From: Squalus acanthias
Taxonomy: Eukaryota
DNA length: 64,000 nt
Direction of reading: 5' to 3'
Assembly: GCA_030390025.1 (NCBI GenBank)
Contig: CM059434.1
Coordinates: 110,050,001-110,114,000, forward strand
The position numbers and the translations under genes are program-made. A model generated the notes under the pieces. That model did not search any database and was not told where the DNA came from. It saw only the letters and a list, made by a program, of their open reading frames with translations. Of this stretch, positions 26,197 to 37,249 are shown piece after piece; the stretch's first letter is position 1; the number at the start of each line of letters is the position of its first letter.

Positions 26197-26593
26197 GGAG
26201 GGGTCAATACTTCTGAAAATCACTTCTATTTAATCAGAAATATTTCAGAAATGAACTTGGGGGTGGGAGGGAGAAAAGCAGAGGCAAGAGAAATTACTTG
26301 GTGGTTATTCTCAGGAACTGATTTTTAAGGAAGTTACACTAATCTTGAGAGTTCTTCTTTAGTTCTGTAGAAGTGGTCTGTCACGAAGCTGCATTAAGCA
26401 ATGTGCCTATGTTTCTCTTTTGGAAGATTTGTTTACGTTGCTTTTACTGAATAAATGAACGTCATTGAGTATTTAACGATGGAAGTTCTTCCCTTTTTTT
26501 CTTTGTAGTTGTTATCTGCTGCACATCCAGTTAGTGATAAATCATCTTTATGAAACTGGTTATAATGACATTTCTTTCTTTCTTCCATGGTAG

Positions 26594-26637
26594 CTTTCAT
26601 TTCCTCTTGGATTCTCTTTAACAGTTACAAGATTACG
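26594..26637 (+). CDS. GSAP: GSAP small exon (LSFPLGFSLTVTRLR)
   Basis: tag / gtaggc; the 44-nt phase 0 to 2 exon bridges its neighbours exactly; weaker sequence similarity. Confidence 0.75.
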
Positions 26638-26764
26638 GTAGGCTGTGATTACTATTTGCTTTACATATAACCTGTAGTTATAATTTTTATCCCAATATCC
26701 CCACCAATACTGAGAATACAAGCATGATCTTGGGCTATATGAATTTACTTATAAAAATTTAGTG

Positions 26765-27001
26765 CAGTAAACTCTTTCTTATCCGGCACCTATGGGACCA
26801 GGATGGTGCCGGTTGATGAAAAATTCTGGATAACAGAGAGGTATACCTACCAAGGCAATTTTTAACACAAACAAAAATAAAAACCACTGACTAATTCGGC
26901 CACCGCGGGAGACATGGATTCGGCAAGATTACCAGTTATCTATTTTGCCGGTTATTAAAGTATTCCGGATGATTAAGTGCCGTTTAAACAAGAGTTTACT
27001 G
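26765..27001. mobile_element. Tc1/mariner-type MITE related to 8340..8752, more diverged
   Basis: TIRs CAGTAAACTCTT..TTATCCGGCA / TGCCG..TAAACAAGAGTTTACTG; flanks TG/TA; shared internal sequence. Confidence 0.8.
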
Positions 27002-28025
27002 TACATATAATTTTACATCTAGTTTATACCCTGTAAAGTTATCGGATGAGATTTTTTAAAACCGGCCACTAATGTTTGTTTTTATCAATTATAATTATTT
27101 CTCATTTGTTTAACCTCTGCATACAGGGGAGGGGAGGTTCCTTTATGCATTTCCTTTACTCCCCTTCATATTAGAGACAGAAAATATTTGGAGAGAGATG
27201 CATCAACTACTCGAGACAAGATCACACACAACTCAAGTGGCTGGTGCTGTCTTGTTTCTGAGCCCACGACAACCATATTGGTCATATCGAATTGCCTGAT
27301 GAAAATCATCTTTGTGATGTCTAACTAATCAAGGAAGACCTGGATCTTGAACCTTCTAGTCTTTGAGGCACATCAGGATCCTGACTCTAATGGACAGGTT
27401 CCTCTTGCTCGCAACCTAAGAAATTCTCTACTCTGAAGGCTTATTATGCCATTTGAAAGCAGTTTGTCCATCAGTGCCACAACCCCAACCTGTTAAAATG
27501 TTCTGTGCCAGTGACCTATGTCTAGATAGAATACTAAATCAGGAACTCACCAAGTTCCCCGAGAGTCTAGCTTCTGGCTATCGTCAACCTCTGGGGGCCA
27601 GCAGTTGGGAGCAGAGCACTCCAAGGTGTGGAGTCTTACAAAAAGTGCCTGCAAAGTATGTTCTTTTGTTTCTCTGATTGCTCTTATTTGGGATTTGAAT
27701 TTTATTCTAATTAAATTGATATCACAACCCTATGAGTCTAGGTGGTCTTTTAAGCTTAGATTAATTTCACTCAAAACAATTACTTCACAAGCTCTCATCT
27801 TGGCACTAAAGATTAGAGAGCTTGATGGTTGTAAACCCACATTATTTTGTTTTGTATGTCAGTCGATGAGGGCTAAAATAAATGACGGGCAATAATAGTT
27901 ATTGTCTATTTTGTCCATATAGTTATGGTCAGTGCTCTTCTGAACTTCTCTGTCTTGTTCCTCAAGATGTAAATGTGCTGTCCTATATTTTTAAATATTC
28001 AAAAAATGTCTTCATTCTTGGGATT

Positions 28026-29385
28026 TTACTGCTGGCAAGGCCAACGTTTATTGCCCATCTCTAGTTGCCCTTGAGAAGGTGGTGGTGAGCCGCCGTCTTG
28101 AACCGCTGCTATCCATGTGGTGAAGGTATTCTCTCAGTGCAGTTGGGTAGGGAGTTCCAGGATGTTGACCCAGCGACGATGAAGGAACGGCGATATATTT
28201 CAAAATCAGGATGGTGTGTGACTTTGAGGTGGTGGTGTTCCCATGCACCTGCTGCCCTTGTCCTTCTAGTTGGTAGAGGTCGTGGGTTTAGGAGGTGCTG
28301 TCAAAGAAGCCTCGGTGAGTTGCTGCAGTGCATCTTGTAGATGGCACCACACTGCAGCCACAGTGCGCCGTTGGTGGAGGGAGTGAATATTTAAGGTGGT
28401 GGATGGGGTGCCGATCAAGCAGACTGCTTTGTCCTGGATGGTGTCGAGCTTTTTCAGTGTTGGAGCTGCACTCATCCAGGCAAGTGGAGAGTATTCCATC
28501 ACACTCCTGACTTGTGCCTTGTAGATGGTGGAAAGGCTTTGGGGAGTCAGGAGGTGAATCACTCGCCACAGAATACCTAGCCTCTGACCTGCTCTTGTCG
28601 CCACAGTATTAATGTGGCTGGTCCAGTTAAGCTTCTGGTCAATGGTGACCCCCCCCAGGATGTTGATGGGGGATTTGACAATGGTAATGCCATTAAATGT
28701 CAAGGGGCGGTGGTTAGATTCTTTCTTGTTAGAGATGGTCATTGCTTGGCACTTGTATGGTGCGAATGTTACTTGCCACTTATCAGCCCAAGCCTGAATG
28801 TTGCCCAGGTCTTGTTGCATGCGGGAATGGACTGCTTCATTATCTGAGGAATTGCGAATGGAACTGAACTGTGTGCAATCGTAGCAAACATCCCCACTCC
28901 TGACCTTCTGATGGAGGGAAGGTCATTGATAAAGCAGCTGAAGATGGTTGGGCCTAGGACACTGCCCTGAGGAACTCCTGCAGCGATGTCCTGGGGCTGA
29001 GATGATTGTCCTCTAACAACCACAACCATCTTCCTTTGTGCTAGTTATGACTCCAGCCAGTGGAGCGTTTTCCCCTTGATTCCCATTGACTTCAGTTTTA
29101 CTCGGGCTCCTTGATGCCACACTCGGTCAAATGCTACCTTGATGTCAAGGGTGGTCACTCTCACCTCACCTCTGGAATTCAGCTCCTTTGTCCATGTTTG
29201 GACCAAGGCTGTAATGAGGTCTGGAGCAGAGTGGTCCTGGCGGAACCCAAACTGAGCATCAGTGAGCAGGTTATTGGTGAGTAAGTGCTGCTTGATAGGA
29301 CTGTTGACTACACCTTCCATCACTCTGCTGATGATTGAGAGTAGGCTGATGGGGCGGTAATTGGCCAGATTGGATTTGTCCTGCT
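28026..29385 (-). mobile_element. CR1-clade LINE family B, RT fragment
   Basis: ORFs with [39 protein letters not shown]. Confidence 0.88.
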
Positions 29386-29980
29386 ATAGTCTCCCCCCGC
29401 CCCCTGTTAAAATCAAGAATCATTGCACTGTTTCTTATTCTTGACTCATTCTTAGGACTTCAAAACTATGAAATTCCTTACCTTTTGTTCTTTTCTTCTT
29501 CTTACAGACTTTTAAAAGCCAAGCTTGGCATCACTAATTACTGACTACTCAGGGTGTAAAATTCTTAGACATGGCCCATAGGTAATTTTCCTGGTGGGGT
29601 GATGTATCTTGTTTGTATGTGGGGGTTAAACATGTTTTAAAGAATAAGGAAGATCATACCTACAGCAGGTACTTTTAACATTTTTTTTGAACTCTTTCAG
29701 CAGCATGCTTCAGTAGGTTATATTTGTTATATTTTGTTTTTTCTCAGTGAATTAATTGTTAAAGAACAAAATCTGTAACAGTTGTCCTTTGTTCTTGTTA
29801 ATGGGCTCTGGCACAAACCTGGCACAATTGCTACCGATGTGCATTCTTCCAATTATAATACCAGCAATCTTGGTTATAAATGTACAAAAGCAAAATACTG
29901 CAGATGCTGGAAATCTGAAATAAAAACAAAAATGCTGTAAATACTCAGCAGGTCAGGCAGCATCTGTGGAGAGAGAAACA

Positions 29981-30016
29981 GTTAATGTTTCAGGTTGATG
30001 ATCCTTCGTCAGAACT
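29981..30016 (-). ncRNA. Degenerate hammerhead motif
   Basis: Reverse complement CTGACGA-aggatcatcaacct-GAAACATT, with stem II and helix III mutated. Confidence 0.5.
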
Positions 30017-31086
30017 GGAAAAAGTTAGAGATATAACAGATTTTTAAGCAAGTGCAGGGGCAGGGAAAGGCGGGAGGGGAGGAAAGAACAAAAGGGAAGA
30101 TCTGTGATAAGATGAAAGGCAGGAGAGATTAAAAGACAAAAGGGATGATGGTGCAAGGCAAAAGGCGATGGTAATGGAACAAGTGAAGAAACAAAAGATG
30201 AGTCTAGATGAAGTGTAATTGGGAATGGCAGAATCATCAACAGCTGCCATATGGAAAAAGTATTGGGGGCAGAGGTTATGATCTGAAATTGTTGAACTCA
30301 ATGTTGAGTCCAGAAGGCTGTAAAGTGCCTAATCGAAAGATGAGGTGCTGTTCCTCGAACTTACGTTGAGCTCCATTGGAACAATGCAAGAGGCCGAGGT
30401 CAGAATGGGAGTGGAGCGGAGAATTAAAGTGACAAGCGACCAGAAGCTCGGGGTCACACTTACGGACTGAACAGAGGTGTTCCGCAAAGCGGTCACCCAA
30501 TCTGCATTTGGTCTCTCCAATGTAGAGGAGACCGCATCGTGAGCAGCGAATACAGTATACTAAATTGCAAGAAATACAAGTAAATCGCTGTTTCACCTGG
30601 AAGGATCCACAAACAGGACTGCCCTGGTAGACCCATCGTTTCAGCCTGTTCTTTCCCCACAGAACTGATTTCTTCCTATCTCGACTCTATTTTCTTCATC
30701 CCTTTTCCAGTCTCTTCCCATCTACATCCGCGACTGTTCCGACGCCCTCTGCCACTTCAACAGTTCCAAGTTTCCTGGTCCCAAATGTCGTCTTTTCACT
30801 ATGGACGTCCAATCCCTCTACACCTCCATCCCCCACTAGGACGGCCTGAGGACGTTCTGCTTCTTCCTTGAACAGAGGCCCAACCAGTCCCCATCCACCA
30901 CCACCCTCCTCCGCCTGGCTGAACTTGTTCTCTGTTGAACATTGAACAACTTCTCCTTTGTCTCCACTCACTTCCTCCAAATAAAAGGTGTTGCTATGGG
31001 AACCCGCATGGGCCCTAGCTATAATAACAACAGAAAATGCTGGAAATACTCAGCAGGCCAGGCAGCATCTGTGGAGAGAGAAACAG

Positions 31087-31123
31087 AGTTAACGTTTCAG
31101 GTCTGGGACCCTTCATCAGAACT
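31087..31123 (-). ncRNA. Minimal type I hammerhead ribozyme motif
   Basis: Reverse complement agtt-CTGATGA-ag-GGTC cca GACC-t-GAAAC-GTT-aact. Confidence 0.72.
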
Positions 31124-33555
31124 GGAAAAAGCTGGAGATGTAACAGATATTAAGCAGGTGCAGAGACAGGGGGGCGGGGGGGGTGATTTAGGAGGGGAGG
31201 AAGGAGTTGAAAGAACATACTGTGCTTATGTAAGAGGCAGGAAAGATAAAATGTTGCAAATTGGAATGGCAAAATCATACAGCATGAAAAATGGGGGCAG
31301 GGATTATTGCCTGAAATTGTTGAACTCGATGTTGAGTCCGGAAGGCTATAAAGTGCCTAATCGAAAGATGAGCTGCTGTTCCTCGAGCTTACGTTGAGCT
31401 TCATTGGAACAATGTAAGAGGCCGAGGACAGAGATCAGAGTGGGAGTGAAGCGGAGAATTAAAGTGACAGGCGACCGGAAGCTCCGGGTCACCCTTACGG
31501 ACTGAACGGAGGTGTTCCGCAAAGCGGTCACCCAATCTGCGTTTGGTCTCCCCAATGTAGAGGAGACCGCATCGTGAGCAGCGAATACAGTATATTAAAT
31601 TGCAAGAAGTACAAGTAAATCACTGTTTCACCTGGAAGGGGTGTTTGGGGCCCTGGACAGTGGGAAGGGAGGAGGTAAAAGGGCATGTGTTGCATCTCCT
31701 GCGCTTGCAAGGGAAGGTGCCAGGCGAAGGGGAAGGGCTGTTAGGGGTGATTGAGGAGTGGACCAGGGTGTCGCGGAGGGAGCGGTCCCTGCGGAATGCT
31801 GAAAGGGGAGGTGAGGGGAAGATGTGTTTGGTGGTGGGATCACGCTGGAGGTGGCGGAAATGGCGGAGGATTATCTGTTGAATGTGGAGGCTGGTGGGAT
31901 GACAGGTGAGGACAAGGGGAACCCTATCGTGGTTCTGGGAGGGAGGGGAAGGGGTGAGAGCAGAAGTGCGGGAAATGGAACGGACACGGTCAAGGGCCGT
32001 GTCAACCACAGTAGAGGGGAATTCTCAGTTGAGGAAAAAGGAAGACATGTCGGAAGCACTGGTATGGAAGGTGTCTGAAATAACAACAGAAAATGCTGGA
32101 AATACTCAGCAGGCCAGGCAGCATCCGTGGAGAGAGAAACAGAGTTATCTGAAATAACATAGCCCTAGCTATGCCTGCCTTTTTGTGGGATATGTGGAAC
32201 ATTCTTTGTTCCAGTCCTAATTGGGTCCCCTCCCTCACCTCATTTTCCGGTACATTCATGACTGTATCGGTGCTGTTTCCTGCTCTCTCCCTGAACTAGA
32301 AAATTTCATTCACTTTTTGCTTCCAATTTCCACCCTTCCCTCGCCTTCACATGATTCATCTCTGACTCTTCTCTTCCCTCCCTCGACTTCTCTGTCTCCA
32401 TTTCTGGGGATAGGCTATTGACAAACATTCACTGTAAGCCCACTGACTCCCACAGCTACCTGGACTACACTTCCTCCCACCCCGCTTCCTGTAAGGACTC
32501 TATTCCATTCTCCCAGTTTCTCTGTCTCCGTCGCATCTGCTCTGATGATAACCACCTTCCATACTAGTGCTTCCGCTATGTCTTCCTTTTTCCTTAACTG
32601 AGGAATCCCCTCTACCATGGTTGACATGGCCCTCGACCGTGTCCGTTCTATTTCCCGCACTTCTGCTCTCACCCCTTCCCCTCCCAGAACCACGATAGGG
32701 TTCCCCTTGTCCTCTCCTTTCACCCCACCAGCCTCCACATTCAACGTGCCATTTTCGCCACCTCCAGCGTGATCCCATCACCAAACACATCTTCCCCTCC
32801 CCTTTCAGCATTCCGAAGGGACCGCTTCCTCCGTGACACCCTGGTCCACTCCTCAATCACCCCCAACACCCTTTCCCACGGCACCTTCCCGTGCAAACGC
32901 AGGAGATGCAACACCTGCCCTTTTACCTCCACCCTTCCCACTGTCCAGGGCCCCAAACACTCCTTCCAGGTGATACAGCGATTTACTTGTATTTCTTGCA
33001 GTTTAGTATACTGTATCGCTGCTCACGATGTGGTCTCCTCTACATTGGGGAGACCAAATGCAGATTGGGTGACCGCTTTGCGGAACACCTCCGTTCAGTC
33101 CGTAAGCGTGACCCCGCGCTTCCGGTCGCCTGTCACTTTAATTCACCACTCCATTCCCACTCTGACCTCTCTGATCTCGGCCTCTTGCGCTGCTCCAGCG
33201 AAGCTCAATGTAAGCTCGAGGAACAGCACCTTCTCTTTCGATTAGGCACTTTACAGCCTTCTGGACTCAACATTGAGTTCAACACTTTCAGACCATAACC
33301 TCTGCCCCTATTTTGCTTCACGTGGCAGCTGTTGATGATTCTGCCATTCCCATTTACACCTCATCTAGACTCATCTTTTGTTTTTTAACTTGTCCCATTA
33401 CCATCTCCTTTTGCCTTGCACCATCACCCCTTCTGTCTTTTAATCTCTCCTGCCTTCCATCCTATCACAGACCTTCCCTTTTGTTCCTTCCTCCTCCCCC
33501 TCCTTTCCCTGCCTCTGCACCTGCTTAAAAATGTGTTGCATCTTTAACTTTTTCC

Positions 33556-33591
33556 AGTTCTGACGAAGGGTCATCGACCTGAAACGTTAAC
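33556..33591 (+). ncRNA. Minimal type I hammerhead ribozyme motif
   Basis: agtt-CTGACGA-ag-GGTC atc GACC-t-GAAAC-GTT-aac. Confidence 0.72.
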
Positions 33592-33895
33592 CGTGTTTCT
33601 CTCTCCACAGATGCTGCCTGACCACCTGAGTATTTCCAGCATTTTCTGTTGGTTGTAAATGTGTCGGGTTAAGGGAGGAGCAAACATAGGTTCTCGATCC
33701 TGTACAAATCTTAAATGTAATGTACCTTTTACGCGCTGCACGTCACCTGGGAGGAACTGTGTATATAATGCCTGTTGCACAAAAAGAGGATCACGATTGT
33801 CTTGTGAAATATGTTATAAATAGATGAGTAAATTTCATTTGTAATGTTCTGTGACTGTCTCCTCCATTTAACTACATTGTGTTGCCTTTTTTCAG

Positions 33896-33981
33896 CCTTG
33901 TAAATTTTGGGTACAATCATTTTCAAGAGGAAGAGGAATCTTCTGAATCATTGAATCTGCAAGTTTTCACAAATCATACAG
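33896..33981 (+). CDS. GSAP: GSAP exon (LVNFGYNHFQEEEESSESLNLQVFTNHTG)
   Basis: tttcag / gtagca; phase 2 to 1; LVNFG and VFTNHTG motifs. Confidence 0.92.
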
Positions 33982-34903
33982 GTAGCAAGTATAAGCAGGT
34001 CGATTTGTTTTACCTTTTTGTATGTTGTGAAATACACGTATTCCAACAATGTTACTTAAGAGTTTCCTGATTAGAGAGTGATCTAAAACAGTGCAATCCA
34101 TCACTTTGGATAACAAGGTAATTTCCATGCCCTCTTTATTCATTCTCCCCTCCCAAAATAGTGAGGATACAAAATTATTTAGTTTAGATTTACGTAGAGT
34201 AATCTGAGGTGGGTGTGGATAGACTAACTGCTCTGTTACGAGTGACGATAACTGTAACTCAGAAGATTGTGATGACCTTTAATGCTCCCATAGTCACATG
34301 AGGCAACTTTCACTTCTTTTCATCACTGATTCAAAACTCTCCCAAATGTTGACTTAGGTTAGAAGGCAAACAGTTGCTGTAGTCTCATGAATTCATAATT
34401 GGTCACAGCATTAACTTAAAGTTTGGGCTCTCAGAATAATTTTGCAGATGAAAAATAAGGACTATTTGCAGTACCAACTGCATACCACCAGGTAGAGATA
34501 TTGCACTTTTTGGCCTGTGTCGACTAAATATTAACATTTGTCTTTTGCAGAGAAATGCAGAAATCCTATCTGAACAGAAGTGGGCAAACAAATTAAAATT
34601 AATGGAGAAACTGGAAAAGCGAGCTTTTAAGAAAGTTCAGTCTTGCTCATAGTCAGCAATTGTAATGTTCTGCAAACCCTGTCTCAGTCCAGTATTACAC
34701 TGGGAGGGGGCAGGCCTTGAATTTTTTTGCAAATGTGCGGGAGCCTTTATTTTTTTGCATGAAAATCTAGCATAATCTGTATGTGGGGATCTAGCTTTTT
34801 CTGTGTATGGAGAATCATTTTTATGAATGGGGGTTTGTATGTATGCAGATTAAAATCAAAGGTAGAAAGCATGACTTCTATAATTTTTTTGTTGTTGTTG
34901 TAG

Positions 34904-34981
34904 GTACCCTGTCTGTGTGCTACAGCCATCCTGTACGAAATGAGCAGGAATTCACTTATTCGGTGATTCTTCTGCCTCATG
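34904..34981 (+). CDS. GSAP: GSAP exon (TLSVCYSHPVRNEQEFTYSVILLPH)
   Basis: ttgtag / gtaaat; 78 nt, phase 1 to 1. Confidence 0.9.
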
Positions 34982-35372
34982 GTAAATCTGGTTTCAATTT
35001 TTTTTACTGTAAATTTTTACCACCTAAAATTCTCCCTCCTTTTTGACTATACGGCACTCGGCCAGTCTTTTTCTTCGTTTTCGGGAGGGCAGGATAGACT
35101 GAGGCAGATTTTTATAAACACCAGCATAGCTGCTCTACTGTCGACCTGCAGGATGCCCCCTTAAAGCAAGGCCATCTGTTTCTCTTGCCTTAAAGTGGTA
35201 TTCCACCTGGAAAGCTGGTCTGAAACTGTCTCTCAATATTGGAGCATTCTGGTATTTGAAGCAATGGTCATCAAACTTGCAGGCAAGTGCTCTGTTGCCT
35301 TTGCTATTGATTGGGCTTTTCAACATGTTTAAAGGGATTGTAAACCAGTTACAGAACAGATAATTTTGGAAC

Positions 35373-35478
35373 AGATAGTTCTGACGAAGGGTCATCGACC
35401 TGAAACGTTAACTCTGTTTCTCTCTCCACAGATGTTGCCTGACCAGCTGAGTATTTCCAGCATTTTCTGTTTTTATTT
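35373..35478 (+). mobile_element. 106-bp PLE-derived insertion: hammerhead plus short tail, with a 16-bp TSD
   Basis: CAGATAATTTTGGAAC at 35357..35372 and 35479..35494; intact motif agtt-CTGACGA...GAAACGTT-aact at 35377..35413. Confidence 0.85.
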
Positions 35479-35540
35479 CAGATAATTTTGGAACTTTTTT
35501 TTCCCAAGTCAGGATTGACTAGTCTTGTTTAAAATATATA

Positions 35541-36252
35541 GGCCTAGAAATTCCGTTCCCTACGGGTGTGTGTACACGCTGTGTACTCGCCCGTAGGGCT
35601 AACGGAAGTGCCGGTTTTACGCATGCACTGCGCATGCGCTGGAAACTGGAACTTCCGTTCTCTGCAGAAAGGGCTTGACTGGACAAACGCCTGTGCCGGA
35701 TAGGCAGCGCGTACGTCAGAAACTTCCATTTTTTTCCACAGTTTTATCAGTCCAGGTAAGTCGGGAACAGTTTAAGAAAGTAAAAAAAAAAATTTTCCCA
35801 CTGATTTATCATTTTAAAATACTTTAAAGAAAGGTAAGTTTATTTTTAGCCCCGTTAAAAACTTTAATTTTTTTCAAAAATTTAAATTTTTGTTTAAAAT
35901 AGTTAATTTATGTCATTTATAGTCATTTTAAAAATGTGATTTAAAAAAAAAAAAATTTATGTGAAGTTTTACTTATGTTTTGGGGTTCATCTCTATTCAT
36001 AGATTTGACAGGTCTTCCTGTCAAATCTATGAATGGAGATTCCCTGCTCTGATTGGCTCCCCATGGCCCACGTGATCCCAGGGACGCTGTGATCCGCCTG
36101 CGCCCCTGGGATACGCAAGCACTGCACACCGGCAGTTTGAAGAGGCCCAGCAACGGAATTCTGCGCCTCCCAGGAGCCCTCCGGTCCAGGCACAGATCTT
36201 TCCGGATTGCAGCCCTCGCCCGCGGGAGGGCTGCGAACGGAATTTCTAGGCC
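35541..36252. mobile_element. Harbinger-type MITE with an internal hairpin
   Basis: Perfect 18-bp TIR GGCCTAGAAATTCCGTTC; TSD ATA. Confidence 0.88.
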
Positions 36253-36594
36253 ATAATGTTACTTGAACCTACAGTATTTATTTCCTGGAAGGCCTTTTTT
36301 TCTTCTAAAATTAAAAGTGCAGACTATTCCTTTTGATGTTTCAAATATTTGGGTATTTTGACCATCCATACTCTGAAAGAGTTGTGATCAAGTTAAGTGG
36401 AATTTTCTTTTAATGAGAATGGTTTGATGCAGTGTTATGAAATGCATAGCAGCCTTAACTTGCAAATTGATAAGTTTTGATTTGCATTTGTCTCTGACCC
36501 TAGTATAAATAAAGATTTGGGTCACTAAACAATCTGAATGGAACTCGAGAGTGCAGAACTGGTCACATTTTAATTTTTTAAACTTTTTTTACAG

Positions 36595-36672
36595 GTTGGA
36601 GAAAAACATTTATTGTTTCTTTGGAGGCTTCCGAATGTGCCCATATAAGTGAATCAACCTTCATAAATATTG
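36595..36672 (+). CDS. GSAP: GSAP exon (WRKTFIVSLEASECAHISESTFINI)
   Basis: ttacag / gtacgc; 78 nt, phase 1 to 1. Confidence 0.88.
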
Positions 36673-37249
36673 GTACGCTGATGGTAAATTTATAGATCAG
36701 AGAATCTGCACATTATGTAGATTTATTTAAACATACAAGGGCTGGATTTCCTTGCCATTCTCTGCATATTTCCTGTGTCTGATTTAGGGCAAGTAAATTT
36801 TTGTGCCAGGAAGATTCTGCAAAAGTCATTTCCGCCAGTTTTCTAACATAAAATTGCTCCTCCTCTTCCTCCCTCCGCCCCCCCCCCCCCCCATTCCCTC
36901 GCAATTTGACTCTTCCCACAATCCACATGTCGAGTGGTGAGTGCCCTCATTTAATTATATTAAAGAGAATTTCCTGCTTTTACACTCACCATGCATTCAG
37001 GATAACTTAGACCAAGAATTATAAGATGCAGCTGTTGCCAGGATCGTCTGAGGCGGGCAAAAGTGAGGAGTTCTGAGTCTGGAGAGTTTCAGTCGTAATA
37101 TCGGCAGCTGGGAAACACTTGTTGCAGTGATTTTATATTTGTATAGCCTACACAGACCTGGACTTGCTCCTCAGTGCTTCTGACCGGGTAAGACCACAAG
37201 CAGACTTTCACCCCACATCCTACCCACAGTCAGGGCTTCCTGGGAGTAG

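Larger units (their letters stand above)
29885..33655. mobile_element. Composite Penelope-like locus: inverted 3' segment (29885..30604, -), RT-EN copy (30605..33655, +) and a nested copy (31023..32160, -)
   Basis: PLE RT motifs FTMDVQSLYTSIPH, QIKGVAMGTRMGPSYA, FRYIHDC; GIY-YIG peptides in three copies; three hammerhead motifs. Confidence 0.88.
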
